Shown: in pieces, positions 41,511-52,408 of the stretch
How the letters are laid out: every line of letters starts with the position of its first letter
Position numbering within the stretch: position 1 is the first letter of the stretch
NCBI GenBank assembly: GCA_963796965.1
Contig: CAWCNS010000007.1
Coordinates: 512,001-576,000, forward strand
Reading direction: 5' to 3'
DNA length: 64,000 nt
From: Calditrichia bacterium
Lineage (GTDB): Bacteria; Calditrichota; Calditrichia; JAJRVZ01
Position numbers and translations under genes: made by a program
The notes under the pieces: generated by a model
The model's database searches: none
What the model was told of the DNA's origin: nothing
The model's input: the letters and a program-made list of their open reading frames with translations, nothing else

Positions 41511-42383
41511 ATGAAAGAGATTGTTGTTATTTCCGGTAAGGGTGGCACGGGAAAAACCTCCATAACTGCCGCGTTCTCTTATTTGGGAGGACGGGATATT
41601 ATTGTTGCGGATTGTGATGTGGATGCCGCCGATATGCATCTGCTTATGCAACCCGATTTTAATAAATCTGAAGATTTTTACAGCGGTATGTTGGCTAAAA
41701 TAAATCCTGATAAATGCACAAATTGTGGTGCTTGTGCAGAAGTGTGCCGCTTTGACGCTATAGCTGTTATAAATGACCAGTACATCGTTGAATCGCTAGA
41801 TTGTGAAGGATGCGGCTATTGCCCGAGAGTTTGTCCGGCAGATGCTATTACGATGGATGACCAGAATGTTGGCAAGTGGTATATTTCTACAATCAAAACA
41901 GGAAGTTCAATGGTACATGCCCGCCTTGGCATTGGTGCCGAGAATTCGGGCAAACTGGTCGCCAAAGTAAAAAATGAAGCCAAGCGTATAGCCAATGAAA
42001 ATAGTAGAGATATTATTTTAGTGGATGGTTCGCCGGGCATTGGATGCCCAGTCGTCTCTTCCCTTTCAGGTGCTCATTTTGTTGTTTTGGTTACCGAACC
42101 AACCCTATCTGGTCTGCACGATTTAAAACGGGTTTATCAGCTCGTTAAAAAATTCAGAATACAAGCTGGCTGCATTATAAATAAATCCGATCTGAACCTA
42201 CAGGTTACATCTCAAATTGAGAGTTATCTTAAGGAGGAGAATATTACCCATATTTCCAATCTACCCTATGATGAAACCTTTACAAAATCAATGGTCAATG
42301 GCCAGACCATTATTGAATACAATGACAGCAATTTAACACCCCTCCTGACTGAAAGTTGGGAGAAAATTAAAAAATTATATTAG
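41511..42383 (+). CDS. MinD-like P-loop ATPase with 2[4Fe-4S] insert
   Basis: SGKGGTGKTS, DCDVDAAD, two CxxCxxCxxxC motifs, DGSPGIGCPV. Confidence 0.9.
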   Translation: MKEIVVISGKGGTGKTSITAAFSYLGGRDIIVADCDVDAADMHLLMQPDFNKSEDFYSGMLAKINPDKCTNCGACAEVCRFDAIAVINDQYIVESLDCEGCGYCPRVCPADAITMDDQNVGKWYISTIKTGSSMVHARLGIGAENSGKLVAKVKNEAKRIANENSRDIILVDGSPGIGCPVVSSLSGAHFVVLVTEPTLSGLHDLKRVYQLVKKFRIQAGCIINKSDLNLQVTSQIESYLKEENITHISNLPYDETFTKSMVNGQTIIEYNDSNLTPLLTESWEKIKKLY

Positions 42384-42538
42384 CGGGTCTATTCATTGCA
42401 CAGCAAGGGCCTGCAAACAAAAAAAGAAGTCCACGTTTACGCTGATTATCACAGATTAAACTAAAATAATTATTAAATCTAATCCTTGAAAATTCTTGCA
42501 ATCCGTGGACAAAAGTTTTTAACAGAAGGAATACAGTC

Positions 42539-42880
42539 ATGAAAATAGCATTTACTACAAAGGGCATAAAATGGGATTCGATGATGGATCCCCGATTTGG
42601 AAGGACAGAGTATCTTTTCGTCTATGATGATGTAGAAGACAAAATTTCTACTTTTGATAATCGTGACATTGCAAACGAAGCGCATGGCGCAGGTCCGCAG
42701 ACGGCACAAAAATTATTTGAATTAGATCCTGACATATTAATCACTGGTAACGGTCCCGGAGGAAATGCAGCAGCCGTTTTAGATAAAGCAAATATAAAAA
42801 TATATATTGGCGTTGACGGAATGACAGTCAGGAAAGCCTACGACACCTACAAAAAAGACGAATTAAAGGAATTTAAATAA
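42539..42880 (+). CDS. NifB/NifX-family protein
   Basis: DPRFGR, AHGAG, ITGNGPG. Confidence 0.9.
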   Translation: MKIAFTTKGIKWDSMMDPRFGRTEYLFVYDDVEDKISTFDNRDIANEAHGAGPQTAQKLFELDPDILITGNGPGGNAAAVLDKANIKIYIGVDGMTVRKAYDTYKKDELKEFK

Positions 42881-43001
42881 GAAATAATCCCGGCAATTAA
42901 CTGTCAGAGGGAGGGATCTTCAACACGGCTGGCGCTTATGTACCAAACAACGTGTACATTAATAATCCACAGGCAAACGAAAACTTAATAATTTATGTGT
43001 A

Positions 43002-43742
43002 ATGAAATCATTTAAAGTATCTCAAGATTGGTTTGCTGATTTGATGCCGGATGGTATTTGTATACCAACAAGTACAATTATCTCAGGTCCTGCCGGTGCC
43101 GGAAAAGAGCTAATCAGCAGTATGATTGCTGCTTCATGGCTAATCAGGGGGGGGGCGCTCATCCATATCTTAACTAATTTTGATCGCGGCCATGCTGAAA
43201 AACTTCTTTCATACTATAATGTGAGTTCAAATGATAGTGCCGGAAGAATTGTCTATATCGCTTTTGATCCCTGTATAAAAGATATTGAAAAGATAAGTGA
43301 TGATGAATTTCGGGCAAATCTTCTTAAAACAGATGTATTTGAAGCGACCATAGAAAAAGCTCAAAATATTTTGCCCCAGTCTGATTTGGGGATATTAACC
43401 TACATGACTGCACTTAATATGCCTCTCTACTCCAATACATACAGTGATGATATATTCAATAAATATCTTGCGATGGCAAGAGACAGACGACAAACTCTGT
43501 TCAGTTTCTCAAGTAATATTTTTGCCGATAAAATGCATAAGATAGAAAATGCAGCAGATAATTTGATATATGTACATGGGACAGGAGTCGTGCGTTTGAG
43601 CTTGAAAATAATGAAAATGAAAGATGTGTCCTTTGTAAGGGATGAGATTCAGGCACCACTTAATGAGGAGCTTATAAGCATGCATCTGCAAACAATTCAA
43701 AAAATGCGCCAAACCCTTGTACCAATCATCAGGAAAATATGA
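43002..43742 (+). CDS. Divergent RAD55/KaiC-like ATPase
   Basis: PDGICIPTSTIISGPAGAGKE; AADNLI...LKIMKMK. Confidence 0.6.
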   Translation: MKSFKVSQDWFADLMPDGICIPTSTIISGPAGAGKELISSMIAASWLIRGGALIHILTNFDRGHAEKLLSYYNVSSNDSAGRIVYIAFDPCIKDIEKISDDEFRANLLKTDVFEATIEKAQNILPQSDLGILTYMTALNMPLYSNTYSDDIFNKYLAMARDRRQTLFSFSSNIFADKMHKIENAADNLIYVHGTGVVRLSLKIMKMKDVSFVRDEIQAPLNEELISMHLQTIQKMRQTLVPIIRKI

Positions 43743-44611
43743 ACATTTCATTAGACTGTATTCCGTGCATTGTAAGTAATTTTTTAAAGCTATTAAAAAC
43801 GGGAATTCTTCCTGAAGATGCCAGAGAAAAGGCCATGCGTCGTCTTTTGATGTTTTTGTCCGAAGCTGACTTTCAGCAATCTCCTCCGGAATTAGGACGA
43901 GAAATACACCGGATGATTCGTCAAGAACTAAATAATCCAGATCCCTATCTCGAGATTAAAAACAAATATAATCGTATGATCCTTAACATGAATTCAGATC
44001 TTGAAAAGATGATAATTTTCGCAAAAGATCCTTTTGATACTGCAATGCGGCTTGCTATCGCCGGGAATGTCATTGATTTTGGGTCACAACATCAATTCGA
44101 CCCAATAGAAACTATCAATCGGGTAATTAATGCTCACATAGCCATAGATGATTCGCAAAAATTAAAGGAAGATTTAAAATCTGCCGAGAGCCTTTTATAT
44201 ATTGGAGATAATTGCGGTGAAATTGTATTAGACAAACTCTTCATCAAGCATATTAATGTAACTAACACCTATTTCGCCGTTCGCAGCGATCCGGTAATAA
44301 ATGATATTACTATTGACGATGCCTTAATGGTAGGAATGGATAAATTCGCAAAGATTATTACGACCGGAGATAATGCTCCTGGTGCCGTCTGGGAATCGAC
44401 ATCCCCTGAATTCAGGCAGGTGTTTAATCAGGCTGATGTCATCATTTCTAAAGGACAAGGTAATTTAGAAGGATTAATCGATGTCCCCGGAAATATTTAT
44501 TTTTTATGCGTCATTAAATGCGATCTTATTGCCAGGCGACTGGGCGCGAAAAATGGAGATTTTATTGTCAAACATGGTTCAACCAGTATCGAACAAAAAA
44601 ATAATAATTAA
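43739..44611 (+). CDS. ARMT1/DUF89 damage-control phosphatase
   Basis: CIPC, AIAGNVIDFG, DNCGEIVLD, INDIT, SKGQGNLE. Confidence 0.9.
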   Translation: MNISLDCIPCIVSNFLKLLKTGILPEDAREKAMRRLLMFLSEADFQQSPPELGREIHRMIRQELNNPDPYLEIKNKYNRMILNMNSDLEKMIIFAKDPFDTAMRLAIAGNVIDFGSQHQFDPIETINRVINAHIAIDDSQKLKEDLKSAESLLYIGDNCGEIVLDKLFIKHINVTNTYFAVRSDPVINDITIDDALMVGMDKFAKIITTGDNAPGAVWESTSPEFRQVFNQADVIISKGQGNLEGLIDVPGNIYFLCVIKCDLIARRLGAKNGDFIVKHGSTSIEQKNNN

Positions 44612-44655
44612 ATAGCAACAGAGTAAAAAAAAATTCAATCTTTTAGGAAACCCCG

Positions 44656-45163
44656 ATGGATCAAATTCAAAATCTCTCACATCAGGAATTGCTCAGATTA
44701 ATCGAAGTTTATGCAAAAAACTGGCTGGCCCATGATGGATGCTGGTTTTTAGCGGCAGAAGAAAAGTACGGCATGGATGCGGCCATGGAACTTGATGCGA
44801 TATCATGGGAACGATTTGCTGTCTCTGAAGCCAGAAGGATTATGAAGGAATTTGATATCCCGTCCAATGGCGGCCTAAAAGCCCTTGAGAAGGCTTTTCA
44901 ATACCGTCTGTATGTCGCTATTAATAAGCAAAAGATTGAATGGTTAGATGATAATGTTTTTATATTCAAAATGATAGAATGCCGCGTTCAAAAAGCACGA
45001 AGACAGAAAAATTTACCGGATTTTCCTTGCAAACAGGTGGGAATTATTGAATTCAGCCAGTTCGCAAAGACAATCGATCCAAAGAATCAAAACAAAATGC
45101 GTTGCCTGCCCACCAGATGAAGTTGCCGATTTCTATTGTGCCTGGGAATTTACCTTAAGTTAA
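44656..45163 (+). CDS. DUF6125-family protein (frameshift near 45085)
   Basis: KNWLAHDGCWF, CRVQKAR, FPCK; shifted C-terminus FYCAWEFTLS. Confidence 0.75.
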
Positions 45164-45179
45164 GAAAACGTGAGTTCTT

Positions 45180-45821
45180 ATGATTAACAAAAATGGTTAT
45201 GCTATCATCTTATATAATGGTCTTCTTCTTGCAGGATTTGTACTTCTCTTGATTTTCTATCCATCAAATCTATTAAAAATATTATTGGTAATTGCCAGTG
45301 TATTTTTTGTTTTTCATTTTTTCTTTTTTAGAGATCCGGAGCGGAAAATCCCGGAAAGAATAAAAGTAATAATTTCTCCGGCAGATGGCAAGATAATCAA
45401 AATTAGCGAAGTTGAAGAAAACAAATATCTTCACGGAAAAGCATTAATGGTGAGCATCTTTATGTCAATCTTTAATGTGCATGTAAACCGTATACCTGTT
45501 TCGGGAAAAGTGGAATATTTAGAGCATAAAGCGGGAAAATTTAAAGCTGCGTTCAAAGATAAATCTTCCCAGTTGAATGAGCAATCACTCATCGGCATTA
45601 AAATAGATCAAACTAAAATATTGTTTATACAGATTGCCGGCTTTATTGCCCGTCGTATTGTTAATAATTTAAAAATAGGAGATGAAGTAAAATGCGGAGA
45701 GCGGTTTGGGATGATAAAATACGGCTCCCGGTTAGATGTATTCCTCCCAGTATCAACAAAGATAAAAGTCCGGATAAATGAGAAAGTAAAAGCCGGAGAA
45801 ACGATTATTGGCGAACTCTAA
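45180..45821 (+). CDS. psd: Phosphatidylserine decarboxylase proenzyme
   Basis: FFRDPER, SPADG, FMSIFNVHVNR, YGSR cleavage motif. Confidence 0.9.
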   Translation: MINKNGYAIILYNGLLLAGFVLLLIFYPSNLLKILLVIASVFFVFHFFFFRDPERKIPERIKVIISPADGKIIKISEVEENKYLHGKALMVSIFMSIFNVHVNRIPVSGKVEYLEHKAGKFKAAFKDKSSQLNEQSLIGIKIDQTKILFIQIAGFIARRIVNNLKIGDEVKCGERFGMIKYGSRLDVFLPVSTKIKVRINEKVKAGETIIGEL

Positions 45822-45946
45822 ATTATTATAAAAGTTATCTTAACTAAATAGTGTCCGGTTAATAAATATTTAATTCAACTCTTTACCAGACACGAGTGAT
45901 CATAATTAAAACAACAATATTAGATTTAACGGGGACAGGAGTATAA

Positions 45947-46813
45947 ATGCTTACCGAAGAGCAGAAGGAAAAATTGGAACTGGAAAATAAAAAAATAACA
46001 GAAAACATTCACCACATTAAACATCGGATTGTAGTATTTAGTGGAAAAGGCGGTGTTGGTAAAACCACCGTGAGTGTAAACCTTGCCTATGGATTGTACA
46101 TTAATGGGAATAAAACCGGGATCCTTGATGCAGATGTGACTGGGCCCAATGTACCCAAAATGATCGGTGATAGCGATAAGTTAGATATGGTGGATAATCG
46201 AATTATACCACAAGAGATAAATGGCGTCAAAGTCATCTCGATGGCCAATATGTTACCACCTGATCAAGCCGTCATTTGGCGGGGACCAATGCGCTCAAAA
46301 TTGTTAAATCAATTTTTAGGCGACGTTGAATGGGGCAACCTCGATTACCTGATAGCAGATTTACCACCCGGTACCGGCGACGAGATTCTGACCATGACCC
46401 AGAAAATGGAACCAAAGATGGCTATCGTTGTTACCACTCCGCAAGAAGTATCGTTGATAGATTCTGCCAGAGCCATCAGTATGGCAAAACAAATGAATAT
46501 ACCCCATATTACACTCATCGAAAACATGTCCGGCCTGAATTGTCCTGAGTGCGGACATCGCATTGATCTGTTTGGCACCGGTGGCGGTAAGAAGCAGGCT
46601 CAGAAAATGGATGTCGATTTTTTAGGCGCAATTCCCATCAATATTCAGGCAAGACAGTTGGCCGATGAAGGCAGACCTGTAATTCTCGAAAATGCAAAAT
46701 CCGATATTTCAATTGCTATTATGGGTATTGTAAAAAAAATCGATGATCTTGTCAGAGAGGAGAGTAAATCTATTGTTGATAATATTTCTTTTTCAAAACA
46801 AAAAGAAAAATAA
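45947..46813 (+). CDS. Mrp/NBP35 (ApbC) Fe-S carrier ATPase
   Basis: SGKGGVGKTT, WRGPM, DLPPGTGD, ENMS...CPEC. Confidence 0.93.
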   Translation: MLTEEQKEKLELENKKITENIHHIKHRIVVFSGKGGVGKTTVSVNLAYGLYINGNKTGILDADVTGPNVPKMIGDSDKLDMVDNRIIPQEINGVKVISMANMLPPDQAVIWRGPMRSKLLNQFLGDVEWGNLDYLIADLPPGTGDEILTMTQKMEPKMAIVVTTPQEVSLIDSARAISMAKQMNIPHITLIENMSGLNCPECGHRIDLFGTGGGKKQAQKMDVDFLGAIPINIQARQLADEGRPVILENAKSDISIAIMGIVKKIDDLVREESKSIVDNISFSKQKEK

Positions 46814-46840
46814 TATGATATCAATAAACTGGAGATCAAT

Positions 46841-47152
46841 ATGTTAGACATGATTGTAAATTGTAATTCTTTGGAATGGCAGGAGGCTGTCGAAAGTTAT
46901 CCGCAGGGTACGAAAGTCAAAGTTCTACGTGATGATAAAGGTGGTCGTACTATAATTCTAAAGATTCCAAAGGGATTTAAAATGGAGGGTCATTCTCACA
47001 TCAAGAATGAACAGCATTTAATTTTAAAAGGTCAATATGAAATTGATGGAGAGGTTTACAGCCAGGGAACGTATCAGCTGATCCATTCCAATATGACCCA
47101 TGGACCATTTACATCCAAAACCGGAGCTGAAATAATGGTTATCTGGCACTAA
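46841..47152 (+). CDS. Cupin (ChrR-like) protein
   Basis: HSH...EQH...HGPF. Confidence 0.8.
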   Translation: MLDMIVNCNSLEWQEAVESYPQGTKVKVLRDDKGGRTIILKIPKGFKMEGHSHIKNEQHLILKGQYEIDGEVYSQGTYQLIHSNMTHGPFTSKTGAEIMVIWH

Positions 47153-47170
47153 CAATATTTAGGACAGGTA

Positions 47171-47365
47171 ATGCCCAATATAGAACCATTTGAAAAGCAT
47201 CTTGACCAATATGAAGATTGGTTTTTTCAAAATCGTTATACCTATCAATCTGAAATAGAAGTGGTTCGACGTCATCTGCCCGTTGGGGGTAGAAGTCTGG
47301 AAATCGTTGTGGGTAGCGGATTGTTTGTGGTTGTAAGCGGAAGAAAAAGGAATTTTAATAAATGA
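47171..47365 (+). pseudogene. Internally deleted methyltransferase remnant
   Basis: N-terminal YEDWF...SE...LEIVVGSGLF joined directly to a C-terminal-like VVVSGRK. Confidence 0.55.
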
Positions 47366-48011
47366 TAAAAATACAAATTATTTACGATAATACCTCAATC
47401 AACCGGGACCTGAAACCAGATTGGGGATTTGCTGCCTTAATACAGGCGTTTGGTAAAAATATTCTGTTTGACACCGGGGCCAATGGAAAAATTTTGTTAG
47501 ATAATATGCGTAGGTTAGATATTGATCCACGTGTTATTAGTGATGTGTTTATTTCACATGGTCATTTTGATCATACCGGCGGGCTCTCTCATTTTTTAAA
47601 CAAGAACAATAATATTACCCTCCATGCCCCAACATCTTTTCGCGGTGTTCGGCATGCCAGAACGGTCATTACTATGATAGAACACAGGAGATATTTCCAC
47701 ATTTTTATACCACCGGTGAACTGGATAACATTGAACAGGCGCTGGTGGTTAAGATGGATAAAGGATTGATTATTTTAACCGGTTGTTCACATCCGAATAT
47801 GAGCAAAATATTAGCAGCCGCACAAAATTTTGGTGAGATCTATGGTATTATCGGCGGTTTGCATGACTTCGATCAGTATAAATTATTCAGAGACTTTCAG
47901 ATGATATGCCCGACACATTGCACAAAACATATTAAAGATATAAAAGAACTGTTCCCGCAAGCATATATCGAAGGGGGTGCGGGAAAATTTATCGAAATTT
48001 GGCAAGCCTGA
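47362..48011 (+). CDS. MBL-fold metallo-hydrolase (frameshifts at 47670-47750)
   Basis: LFDTG, SHGHFDHTGG, TGCSHP, GGLH, PTHCT. Confidence 0.85.
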
Positions 48012-48099
48012 AAAAAAATATTCTTAGCCCTTTTCAGATGGGAAGTTCAGATCTATTCTCATAAATATTGATCGCGAAATACTAAACAATTAGGTGGCG

Positions 48100-48695
48100 A
48101 TGGTGAACGATGAACAACGCTGGCTTGAACAAAAAGGATTGGAATATATTAGAGAACTCGGAATTAACATGGCCAGATCATCGTCGATTTTGGATGTAAC
48201 ACCGGACATTATACTATTCCAGCCGCCAGGGTGGTCGGTTCAGAAGGAACAGTATATGCGATTGACCAGGAACAAACAGCCATTGATCAATTAATGAAAA
48301 CAGCACAAAATGAGGGACTTGACAATATTATACCGGTTATCTCCAGCAAACCAGCCATCGATTTACCCGCCGCTTCTGTCGATGTTGTATTAATTTATGA
48401 CGTCCTGCATTATTTAAACACGGATGAAAGAAAAAATCTTTATCAATCTGTAGATACTGTCTTAAAGGACGATGGCATATTGTCTGTATTCCCTAAACAT
48501 AATCAATTAGATGGGCCCATGTGGCATTTAGAAAAATTAATTATTACAGATATTGTTAAGGAAATCGAAAACAACCATTTCATTTTGATAGAAAAGGCTG
48601 AAAAACAATTAATACACGATGATAATCTTGAAACAGGAATAATAATTAATTTTAAAAAATCCAAAACAGTCCTGAATCAAGAAAATGGAAATTGA
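48100..48695 (+). CDS. Class I methyltransferase (frameshifted near 48170)
   Basis: VDFGCNTG in an alternate frame; VYAID, YDVLHY. Confidence 0.7.
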
Positions 48696-48702
48696 TTATT
48701 GA

Positions 48703-49935
48703 ATGGAACTCACAGAGCAAAAATCGAAAATAAATTTTAAGGCATTTTTGTGGCATTCGGCTTTTCTTGCCCTGGCTTCAAATTTTATGGATGTGGATAC
48801 AATCATCCCGTCCATGTTAATCAAAGCCGGGGGAAATTCCATACATTTGGGCATTCTGACGGCGATCATGCTGGGTGGTTCGAGCCTTTTTCAGCTGGTT
48901 TTTGCCGGTTATTTATCAAACTTTTCGCTAAAGAAAAAATATCTGCTTATCGGAATAAATTTGCGAGTGATTTCTTTGTTAAGTCTCGCTTTGATCTTCT
49001 TTTTTGCCTACCTGATCAGTGGACAAATGCTGATCATTTTGATTTTCTTATTGATTTCTGTTTTCTCTCTCAGCGGATCTTTTGCAAACGTGTCCTATGT
49101 TGATATCATGGGAAAATCTGTTCAGGAGAATAAGAGAAAAAAACTTTTTACATCCAAAGAGATTATTAACAGTATCGGTATCTTTGCTTCAGCGATGATT
49201 GTTAGAGAATTATTAATTACGTTTGAATTTCCCAAAAATTACAGTTTACTTTTTTTTATCGCCGGATTGTTATTAGGCATCGCTTCTTTCGGTTTTTGGT
49301 ATATCCGCGAGGTCAAATCAATTATTAAAATGAAACGGGGATTTTGGGAGATTTTTAATAAAATTCCCTCCGAAATCAAAAAGAATTCAAATTTAAAATA
49401 TTATTTATTGATCATAAATAGTCTTGGACTGGGTCTGAGCATATTACCCTTTTTTATCTTATTTGCTAAAGATAATTTTGGATTGTCTTACCAGATGATT
49501 GGTGACTATTTATTGTTCCGTACGATCGGTATGCTGGCTGCCGGATTATTTTTATTCAAAATTTCAAAACGATTCCAGTATAAGAATCTTTTAAAATTTA
49601 GCCTGGTTTTGGCTGCTTTATTGCCCTCAATCAGCTTAGCATTAAAAGATCTTCAACAGGTATATCAATTTATTTTTATTTTTTCCGGTATTTTTATTTC
49701 TGTCTATAAAGTGGCCGTACATGGCGTATTGCTGGAAATATCTACCAACGAAAACCGCGCCGTTTATGCCGGTATCTCTGGAGCCGGAAATATTGTGACC
49801 ACATTATTCCCCTTATTCGCCGGATTATTAATTTCAATTTTAGGATATGATATCGTTTATCTATCTGTTACAGTGATCATTCTATCAAGTTATTTTTTCG
49901 TGACCAAACTAAAGTGCAAACCAGTCACTCAATAA
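48703..49935 (+). CDS. MFS transporter
   Basis: 410 aa with about 12 hydrophobic segments. Confidence 0.8.
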   Translation: MELTEQKSKINFKAFLWHSAFLALASNFMDVDTIIPSMLIKAGGNSIHLGILTAIMLGGSSLFQLVFAGYLSNFSLKKKYLLIGINLRVISLLSLALIFFFAYLISGQMLIILIFLLISVFSLSGSFANVSYVDIMGKSVQENKRKKLFTSKEIINSIGIFASAMIVRELLITFEFPKNYSLLFFIAGLLLGIASFGFWYIREVKSIIKMKRGFWEIFNKIPSEIKKNSNLKYYLLIINSLGLGLSILPFFILFAKDNFGLSYQMIGDYLLFRTIGMLAAGLFLFKISKRFQYKNLLKFSLVLAALLPSISLALKDLQQVYQFIFIFSGIFISVYKVAVHGVLLEISTNENRAVYAGISGAGNIVTTLFPLFAGLLISILGYDIVYLSVTVIILSSYFFVTKLKCKPVTQ

Positions 49936-49948
49936 GAGAGGACAAAAG

Positions 49949-51112
49949 ATGAGAATTGCCAACAGAGTTAGTCAAATTGGAAAATCAGCGATCCATGAGA
50001 TGACCCGTTTATCGAAAGAGGTAGACGATGTGGCATTTTTATCATGGGCAAAACCAACCAGCGATACGCCGGAGCACATTAAAGAAGCAGCTATAAAGGC
50101 CATCCGGGACGGGCGCGTGGGTGGATATTCTGAGAGTTCTGGTCTGCCGCAACTGCGGGAAGTAATCGCCGAAAAACTGAATCGAGATAATCATATAAAT
50201 GCCCATGCCGGGCAGATTATTCTTACCGTCGGGGCTATTGAAGGCTTAGCTGCTGCGGTGATGGCAGTGATTGATCCCGGAGATGAAGTCATATTACCCA
50301 CACCGACTTATTCCACACATATCCGGCAGGTACAAATGGCTTCAGGTAATCCGGTGCTGGTCCCTTTAATCGAAGAAGAGGGATTCCGTCTCGATATTCC
50401 GGCAATTAAAAGAGCCATTACGCCTAAAACCAGGGCTATCATGTTTTGCACGCCCAGTAATCCTACCGGTACTGTATTCCCTGAGCAGGATTTAAGACAA
50501 GTGGCAGAAATTGCATTGGAACATGATTTGATGGTAATAACAGATGAGGCTTATGAATATTTTGTTTTTGATGACCACAAACATTTCAGTATCGCATCCA
50601 TCCCTGAAATGTCAAAAAATGCAATAAGCACCTATACGTTTACTAAAACATACGCTATGACTGGCTGGCGGATCGGCTATCTGCATGCCCATGAGGACAT
50701 GATTCCACAAATAACCAAGGTGCATATCCCCTTTTCTATCTGTGCTCCGGTTGTTTCACAGTATGCGGCATTAACAGCTTTACAGGACTCGCAGGATTGT
50801 ATTGCTGAATTCAGAAACCATTATCTTTCGGCGCGAAATCTAATGTGTGAGCGACTGGATCGTCTTAATCATATTTTTGAATATCAAAAACCGGGTGGCT
50901 CCTATCTGATGTTTCCAAAAATTATGACAGATGAAGGCCGCGATTCAACTGCTTTTTGTAAACGCCTGTTGCAGGAAGCGCAGGTCTCAGCAACACCGGG
51001 TATTGCTTTCGGGCCTACAGGACAAAACCATTTACGTTTGTCTTTTTGTGTTCCATATGAAATGATCAACAAAGCCTTTGATCGAATGGATAAATATTTT
51101 GGCTACGAATAG
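49949..51112 (+). CDS. PLP-dependent class I/II aminotransferase
   Basis: PSNPTG, DEAYE, TKTYAMTGWRIG. Confidence 0.92.
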   Translation: MRIANRVSQIGKSAIHEMTRLSKEVDDVAFLSWAKPTSDTPEHIKEAAIKAIRDGRVGGYSESSGLPQLREVIAEKLNRDNHINAHAGQIILTVGAIEGLAAAVMAVIDPGDEVILPTPTYSTHIRQVQMASGNPVLVPLIEEEGFRLDIPAIKRAITPKTRAIMFCTPSNPTGTVFPEQDLRQVAEIALEHDLMVITDEAYEYFVFDDHKHFSIASIPEMSKNAISTYTFTKTYAMTGWRIGYLHAHEDMIPQITKVHIPFSICAPVVSQYAALTALQDSQDCIAEFRNHYLSARNLMCERLDRLNHIFEYQKPGGSYLMFPKIMTDEGRDSTAFCKRLLQEAQVSATPGIAFGPTGQNHLRLSFCVPYEMINKAFDRMDKYFGYE

Positions 51113-51116
51113 TTCC

Positions 51117-52142
51117 ATGGATATAATTTTTGAGATTTTACGACATGCATTGATGATTACCAGTTTTGTGTTCATCATGATGCTGCTTATTGAATATATC
51201 AATGTGCAAACAGAGGGTCGCTGGCAGGATTCGCTGAAAAATAACCGATGGGGACAATACTTTTTAGGGGCATTTCTTGGTGCGGTGCCCGGCTGTCTGG
51301 GTGCTTTTACCGTTGTATCGCTTTATTCTCACCGTGTACTCAGTTTTGGAGCCCTTGTGACTACTATGATTGCCACCAGTGGCGATGAAGCTTTTGTCAT
51401 GTTTTCCATGTTTCCCACAAAGGCCTTATGGCTAACCTTTATTTTATTTGCCGTGGGTATTGTTGCTGGTTATCTGACAGATTTATTATACAAAAATCAA
51501 CATTTACTAGTCGAGGATCTCGAGCATCAATACCCAATGCACGAAACTGAGGTTTGCCACTGTTTTCCCAAAGATTTAATATGGTATCAGCTCAAACATA
51601 TCACTTTCCCGCGGGCATTACTAATCGGGATATTTGTCCTTTTTTTATTATTCTTAATTTTTGGCTCCGCCGGCACCTTATCCTGGGACTGGAAGAAAAT
51701 CACCTTTGCTTCCGGAACTCTTTTCAGTCTGTTCGTAGTAAGCACGGTTCCCGATCACTTTCTGGAGGAACATTTGTGGGAACACGTCTTAAAAAAACAC
51801 CTGTTACGTATCTTTTTGTGGACTTTCGGGGCATTACTTGTCATTCACTTTATCGATAATTACATCAATGTGGAATTGTGGGTGAAAGAGAATTATATAT
51901 ACGTTTTATTGATTGCAGTTTTGATTGGAGTTATCCCGGAATCGGGACCGCACATGGTGTTTATTACCATGTTTGCTAATGGATCAATGCCCTTTAGCAT
52001 ATTATTAGCTAACTCCATCGTTCAGGATGGACATGGCATGCTACCTATGCTGGCCGTTTCGTCTCGCGGTTTTATCTGGGTAAAGATAATAAATATGATT
52101 GTCGGGCTACTGATCGGATTTATTGGATACTTGATCAGTTAA
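51117..52142 (+). CDS. Putative manganese/heavy-metal transporter
   Basis: PGCLG, IATSGDEAF, HFLEEHLWEH, IPESGPH, VQDGHG. Confidence 0.8.
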   Translation: MDIIFEILRHALMITSFVFIMMLLIEYINVQTEGRWQDSLKNNRWGQYFLGAFLGAVPGCLGAFTVVSLYSHRVLSFGALVTTMIATSGDEAFVMFSMFPTKALWLTFILFAVGIVAGYLTDLLYKNQHLLVEDLEHQYPMHETEVCHCFPKDLIWYQLKHITFPRALLIGIFVLFLLFLIFGSAGTLSWDWKKITFASGTLFSLFVVSTVPDHFLEEHLWEHVLKKHLLRIFLWTFGALLVIHFIDNYINVELWVKENYIYVLLIAVLIGVIPESGPHMVFITMFANGSMPFSILLANSIVQDGHGMLPMLAVSSRGFIWVKIINMIVGLLIGFIGYLIS

Positions 52143-52408
52143 TAATTATTTGAAGTAAAATATAAAATTTTTTATAAACGCAGGCTTTGCAGAGAAGGCA
52201 ATGGTATTATTTCAACGATTTATACTCATCAGCAGGAAATTTCTCTATATATTAAAAATCAAAAGGGTGAATCTTCAGGTGCGTTATTTTTAAATATCTA
52301 AAATCGTGTAATTCGTGGACATTTTTTGAATCATTACATTAACAGTTGCATCAAACTAATAAATCCGGGAGAAAAATCTTATACCTAAAAGATAGGAGGA
52401 CATTAGTA

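Noticed and set aside
40128..42880. Nitrogen fixation cluster
   Set aside because: NifB/NifX-family domains only, no nifHDK/nifEN; this operon type is common in non-diazotrophs
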